From assembly GCA_003136255.1 (NCBI GenBank), contig PLDT01000083.1, positions 2,899-61,295 of the forward strand: 58,397 nt of DNA, read 5' to 3'. Below the pieces are notes generated by a model. It was given only the letters and a program-made list of their open reading frames with translations. It did not search any database and was not told where the DNA came from. The translations under genes were made by a program, and so were the position numbers. Shown in pieces: positions 54,055 through 58,397 of the stretch (the first letter of the stretch is position 1; every line of letters begins with the position of its first letter). This stretch comes from Actinomycetota bacterium. GTDB lineage: Bacteria > Actinomycetota > Actinomycetes > Streptosporangiales > Streptosporangiaceae.

Positions 54055-55266
54055 ATGGATGTGCACGTGCCTCCGCGCGAGGTCGACCTGATGGATCTGA
54101 GCCCCTTCGAGCAGGGCACGGACGGCGCTGTGTTCCGGGTCCTCCGGGAGCACGACCCGCTGCACTGGAACGACGAGCCTGACGGTCCGGGATTCTGGTC
54201 GGTGACCCGGTATGACGACGTGAGGACGGTCGCCTCCGATTACGAAGCGTTCACCGCGGCCGAGGGCACGCAGATCAAGAGCAGGCGCGCCGAGGGAGGG
54301 GGCGAACGCAGCATCCATCACCTCGACCCGCCCCGGCACGGCCAGCTCCGCAAGATAGTGATCCCATACGTGCGTCCGGCGCGGATCCGGTCGCTGGAAT
54401 CCGACATCGTCACGGTGATCGACGAACTTCTCGACGACACCGTCGGTGCCGGGGAATTCGACTTCGTGGGACGGATCGCCGCTCAGCTGCCGCTGGTCAT
54501 GATCGGCCGGCTGCTGGGGGCGCCGGTCGAGGATTGCCCGCACCTGCTGCGCTGGACCAATCAGATGGCCTCGGAGGACCCTGACTACTCCGAGGGTCCG
54601 CAGACCGCGGCGAAGGCGCGCGACGAGATCTTCGCGTACTTCCGCAGCCTGGAAGCGCAGCGCCACGCGTGCCCCGCCGACGACCTGGTCAGCGTCCTGG
54701 GGGCCGCCCAGGTCAACGGCATCCCGCTCAGCCGCGGCCAGCTCGACGCGTACTACCTGATCATCATGGTGGCGGGGAACGAGACCACCCGCAATCTGCT
54801 GTCCGGTGCGATGGTCACCTTGAACGACCACCCGGACCAGTGGGCACTCGTGCGCCGGGAGCCGGAGCGAATACCCGCCCTGGTGGAGGAGTTGGTCCGC
54901 TGGGTGTCACCGGTGCTGTCCATGCGCCGGACGGCAACGCGCGACCTGCCACTGCACGGTCGTACGGTGCGCGCCGGCGACAAGGTGGTGATGTGGTACT
55001 GCTCGGCCAACCGGGACGAACGGGTGTTCCCCAGCGCCGACCGGTTCATCGCCGACCGCAGCCCGAACGAGCACATGGGCTTCGGGTGGGGAGTGCACGC
55101 GTGCCTGGGGGCGCACCTGGCCCGGCTCGAGGCCCGGCTGTTCCTCAGCCGGCTGATCGAGCGCAACCTCACCGTCGACCTGCATGGCGACCCCGCCCGG
55201 CTGAGCAGCAACTTCTTCCGCGGCATCAAGCGCCTGCCGGTGACCATCTCCGAGCGCCCGCGGTGA
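54055..55266 (+). CDS. cytochrome P450
   Basis: I-helix AGNETT, ExxR (EELVRW), and the heme loop FGWGVHACLG. Confidence 0.93.
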   Translation: MDVHVPPREVDLMDLSPFEQGTDGAVFRVLREHDPLHWNDEPDGPGFWSVTRYDDVRTVASDYEAFTAAEGTQIKSRRAEGGGERSIHHLDPPRHGQLRKIVIPYVRPARIRSLESDIVTVIDELLDDTVGAGEFDFVGRIAAQLPLVMIGRLLGAPVEDCPHLLRWTNQMASEDPDYSEGPQTAAKARDEIFAYFRSLEAQRHACPADDLVSVLGAAQVNGIPLSRGQLDAYYLIIMVAGNETTRNLLSGAMVTLNDHPDQWALVRREPERIPALVEELVRWVSPVLSMRRTATRDLPLHGRTVRAGDKVVMWYCSANRDERVFPSADRFIADRSPNEHMGFGWGVHACLGAHLARLEARLFLSRLIERNLTVDLHGDPARLSSNFFRGIKRLPVTISERPR

Positions 55267-55270
55267 TGTC

Positions 55271-56053
55271 ATGACGGACAGCCGAACGGCCCTGGTCACC
55301 GGGGCCGCGGCCGGCATCGGCGCGGCGCTCGCCCGGGCGCTCGCCGGCTCCGGTGACACGGTGATCGGGCTCGACCGGATTCCCTGCGACATCCCCGGTG
55401 TCGAAGGCCTGGTGTGCGACCTGGCCGACGCTGACGCCCTCGACGCGGCCATCGCGGCGCTACCCGGCCAGGTCGACGCCGTGGCCAGCGTCGCCGGGAT
55501 TCCGGGCACACACCCGCCGGCGCGGGTGCTGGCGGTCAACCTCCTGGCGCCCCGCCGCCTCATCACCGGTGTGTTGCCTCGCATGCCTCCCGGCGGCGCG
55601 GTGGTCACGGTCGCGTCGGTCGCCGCGCACCGCAACGTCGTGCCTCCGGCTGGAATCACCGCCTTGCTCGCCGCGCAGAGTTGCGGCGACATCGACGCGT
55701 GGCTGGGGGAGTACCCGCTGACCGGCAGCCAGGCCTACGACACTTCCAAGCACGCGCTGGTGCGGTGGACTCAGCAACTCGCCGCCGAGTTGCTGCCAAC
55801 CGGGATCCGCGCGATTAGCGTCAGCCCCGGCCCGGTCGAAACCGGCATCCTGAACGACTTCGCCGCCACGATGGGCCACGCCGCCATAGACCGCAGCGCC
55901 GCGATGGTGGGACGCCACGCCCGTCCGGACGAAATCGCCGCGGTGATCAGCTTCGCGCTGAGCAACGCCGCGTCGTGGGTCAACGGCATCGATATTCCGG
56001 TTGAGGGCGGGCTCTTCGCCGCCCGCGCCGCTGCGGCTGGAGGTGCTGCGTGA
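55271..56053 (+). CDS. SDR family oxidoreductase
   Basis: TGAAAGIGAA cofactor motif and YDTSKHAL (YxxxK). Confidence 0.9.
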   Translation: MTDSRTALVTGAAAGIGAALARALAGSGDTVIGLDRIPCDIPGVEGLVCDLADADALDAAIAALPGQVDAVASVAGIPGTHPPARVLAVNLLAPRRLITGVLPRMPPGGAVVTVASVAAHRNVVPPAGITALLAAQSCGDIDAWLGEYPLTGSQAYDTSKHALVRWTQQLAAELLPTGIRAISVSPGPVETGILNDFAATMGHAAIDRSAAMVGRHARPDEIAAVISFALSNAASWVNGIDIPVEGGLFAARAAAAGGAA

Positions 56054-57540
56054 TGTCAGGTGCCATCCTCGCGCTGGACGGCGCACAGCCGCTGCAGCGC
56101 GAGCTGGTCGGAGGCAAGGCCTACAGCCTGAACCAGATGCGCCGCCTGGGTCTCCCGGTACCGCCGGCCTTCGTGCTCGCCACCTCCATGTGCGCCGCCT
56201 ACCACGACAACGGCGGCACACTCCCGGCCGGAGTCTGGGACGCGGTCCTTGCGCAGCTGTCCCGGCTGGAGGCAGAAACGGGGCGCCGGTTCGGCGGACC
56301 GGACAGCCCTCTGCTCGTGTCGGTCCGCTCCGGTGCGGCTGCGAGCATGCCAGGGATGATGGACACCGTCCTCAACCTGGGCATCACGCCGGTGCTGCGT
56401 GATGTGCTCGCCGCCGAATCCGGCGACGCGACATGGGCCGCCGACACCTGGGAACGGTTCCGGCGCTGTTATGGCGAGATCGTCCTGGCCGATCCGGACG
56501 CGGCACCGCCGGCCGACCCCTACGACCAGCTGCGCGCGGCCATCGGAGCCGTGTTCGCGTCCTGGCACAACGACCGGGTGCGGGCCTACCGGGCCCGGCA
56601 CCGGCTCGGCGAGGGTGGCGGCACCGCGGTGACCGTCCAGGCGATGGTATTCGGGAACCGGGGCCCGGAGTCTGGCACCGGCGTGCTGTTCAGCCGTGAC
56701 CCTGCGACGGGGGAGCCCCGCCTGTTCGGTGAGTGGCTGCCGTGCGCGCAGGGCGACGACGTGGTGTCCGGGGTAGCGACGCCTGAGCCGCTGTCCGCCC
56801 TGGCGCAGCGGATGCCCGGCGTCCATTCCCGGCTCGCCGAGATCGCTACGACCGTGGAGGCAGATCTGCGGGACCTGGCTGACATCGAGTTCACGATCGA
56901 CTCCGGTCGGCTCTACGTCCTGCAGTCGCGCGCCGGGAAGCGCTCGCCGGCCGCCGCCGTCCGCATCGCCGTCGACCTGGCCCGCGAAGGTGTCATCGAT
57001 CCTGCCACCGCGGTCAGCCGTGTCTCACGCGAGCAGGCCGAGAGCCTGGCCGCGACGGCGGGCGTGGACGCGACCGCCGGCGCCGTCGCGACGGGACTCG
57101 GCGCCAGCCCGGGCATCGCCACCGGTGTAGCGGTGTCCGACGTAGACCAGGCAATGGAGCTCGCCTCGGCAGGAATGCCGGTAGTCCTGGTCCGGCCGAC
57201 GACGGCTCCCGAGGACGTGCCGGCCATGTTCGACTCGGTCGCCGTCGTCACCGACCTCGGCGGAAGCACGTCACACGCGGCGCTCGTCTGCCGCGAGATC
57301 GGACTGCCATGCGTGGTGGGCTGCGGGACAGGGACAGTACAGAAGCTCGCCGGGCGCACCGTGACGGTCGACGGCCACACCGGCCAGGTCTACGAGGGTG
57401 ACGCCACGACCGCCGGGGGCGCTGGTGGTCTCGACCCATACGTCGCGGCACTGCTGCAGTTCGCCGGCCTCTCACCAGGCGCCGACATGCCGGACGCAGA
57501 CCATCCCCTGGCGCCGTTTGCGTCGCGGCCGTCACCATGA
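56050..57540 (+). CDS. pyruvate,phosphate dikinase-like protein truncated after the phospho-His domain (ATP-grasp plus swivel only)
   Basis: VGGKAYSLNQMRRLGLPVPPAFVL, PLLVSVRSGAAASMPGMMDTVLNLG, then GASPGIATG...VVLVRPTTAPEDVPAMF...GGSTSHAALVCREIGLPCVVG. It ends about 50 aa later with no TIM-barrel PEP/pyruvate domain. The start is GTG 56050 or ATG 56053, overlapping the SDR stop. Confidence 0.85.
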   Translation: MMSGAILALDGAQPLQRELVGGKAYSLNQMRRLGLPVPPAFVLATSMCAAYHDNGGTLPAGVWDAVLAQLSRLEAETGRRFGGPDSPLLVSVRSGAAASMPGMMDTVLNLGITPVLRDVLAAESGDATWAADTWERFRRCYGEIVLADPDAAPPADPYDQLRAAIGAVFASWHNDRVRAYRARHRLGEGGGTAVTVQAMVFGNRGPESGTGVLFSRDPATGEPRLFGEWLPCAQGDDVVSGVATPEPLSALAQRMPGVHSRLAEIATTVEADLRDLADIEFTIDSGRLYVLQSRAGKRSPAAAVRIAVDLAREGVIDPATAVSRVSREQAESLAATAGVDATAGAVATGLGASPGIATGVAVSDVDQAMELASAGMPVVLVRPTTAPEDVPAMFDSVAVVTDLGGSTSHAALVCREIGLPCVVGCGTGTVQKLAGRTVTVDGHTGQVYEGDATTAGGAGGLDPYVAALLQFAGLSPGADMPDADHPLAPFASRPSP

Positions 57541-57610
57541 GCAGTGGTGAGTGCCGTCCGGCGCGGATCGAGCTATACCATGACCGAACCGGGAAAGGCC
57601 GTTAACAAGG

Positions 57611-58357
57611 ATGAACGCTAGGAGCGGCAGCATGGCATCCGCCCCGCAGTTGGCCGGGTCAGCAGATGAGAATGCGTCAGGCGAGTCACTAACCGGCGCG
57701 GCGAGCGAGCTTGCCGCACTCCGCGCGTCGACCGCCGGACGGACCACGACCCGTCGCCCGAACCGGCGTGGCCAGGTGATGCGCGAGAAGCTCGTCCAGG
57801 CCGCCGCCGAGTGCTTCCGGGAATACGGCTATACCAAGACCCGGATCTCGGACATCGTGCATCGCGCCGGCACAGCGCAGGGCAACTTCTACCGCCACTT
57901 CAGCAGCCTGGACGAGATCTTCGTGGCGGCTCTGGAACCGGCCCTGCACGAGCTTGCATCATCGTCGAATCGCCGCCTGCCGGCCAGCGACGAGCGCGAC
58001 GCCCTGATTGCGGTCAACGTGACGTTCTTCCAGGCCTACTCGCGCAATCGCCATCTGCTCCGGGTGATGCGCGAGGCCGCCGCCGTAAGCGGGAACGACG
58101 GTTTCGGCAAGCTCTGGCTCCGCACGCGCGCCGACTTCGTCGACCGGACCGAGCGGTGGCTGCGACACCTGCACGACCAGGGCCGCATCGGCCTCGCCGA
58201 CTTCGCGCTGCTCGCCGACGCCCTCGGTTGCATGACCGAGCAGGTGGCCTACATCCAGATCGGACTTCCAGCCGCAACTCCGCGACCCGAGCGGATCCGG
58301 CAGCTAGGCGAGGTCGTGGGCGAGATCTGGTACCGCTCGCTCCCGCCCGTGACCTGA
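57611..58357 (+). CDS. TetR/AcrR family transcriptional regulator with a long N-terminal tail
   Basis: HTH region AAAECFREYGYTKTRISDIVHRAGTAQGNFYRHFSS. Confidence 0.88.
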   Translation: MNARSGSMASAPQLAGSADENASGESLTGAASELAALRASTAGRTTTRRPNRRGQVMREKLVQAAAECFREYGYTKTRISDIVHRAGTAQGNFYRHFSSLDEIFVAALEPALHELASSSNRRLPASDERDALIAVNVTFFQAYSRNRHLLRVMREAAAVSGNDGFGKLWLRTRADFVDRTERWLRHLHDQGRIGLADFALLADALGCMTEQVAYIQIGLPAATPRPERIRQLGEVVGEIWYRSLPPVT

Positions 58358-58397
58358 CCTGGTCGCGAACACCCGGCCGCCGCTGGCGACGGGATGC

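Noticed and set aside
1-58397. Search for CRISPR arrays, tRNA/rRNA genes, IS elements, integrases and prophage or conjugation genes
   Set aside because: I saw no regularly spaced direct repeats, no tRNA T-arm (GGTTCGAATCC-like) in a non-coding context, and no transposase or integrase-like ORFs. The lower-GC patches (27.9, 36.8-38.8 and 45.7-47.1 kb) lack flanking repeats or mobility genes.

Overview
A 58.4-kb, very high G+C, gene-dense segment that looks like actinomycete core chromosome. About 57 protein genes are supported. Recognisable housekeeping genes are map, panB, nadE, glnA, glnE, surE and npdG. Around them sit F420/LLM oxidoreductases, an ABC-2 exporter pair, an MFS-TetR pair, hydrolases, and a small-molecule-modification cluster at 48-58 kb (acyl-CoA ligase, P450, SDR and PEP-synthase/PPDK-family phosphotransfer modules). 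I found no rRNA, tRNA, CRISPR array, transposase, integrase or prophage genes, and no complete known defence system. Many long ORFs in the six-frame track are GC-driven shadow frames opposite real genes and were discarded. Five things stand out as least explained. (1) An AT-rich intergenic island at 14.44-14.83 kb carries five co-oriented DnaA-box-like 9-mers, followed by a promoter-like element and a roughly 190-nt ORF-less transcript ending in a strong intrinsic terminator. (2) A lower-GC orphan gene (36796-37827) encodes a TIR-like cytosolic domain clamped between two pairs of transmembrane helices. (3) A PPDK truncated after its phospho-His domain is translationally coupled to a P450-SDR pair, and a second swivel-domain protein lies 6 kb away. 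(4) A secreted ricin-lectin gene has a 3' domain of much lower G+C than its 5' part. (5) A 63-aa gene duplicates a module of the kinase-less sensor-like membrane gene it overlaps. All functional calls rest on motif recognition by eye. No database search was run.
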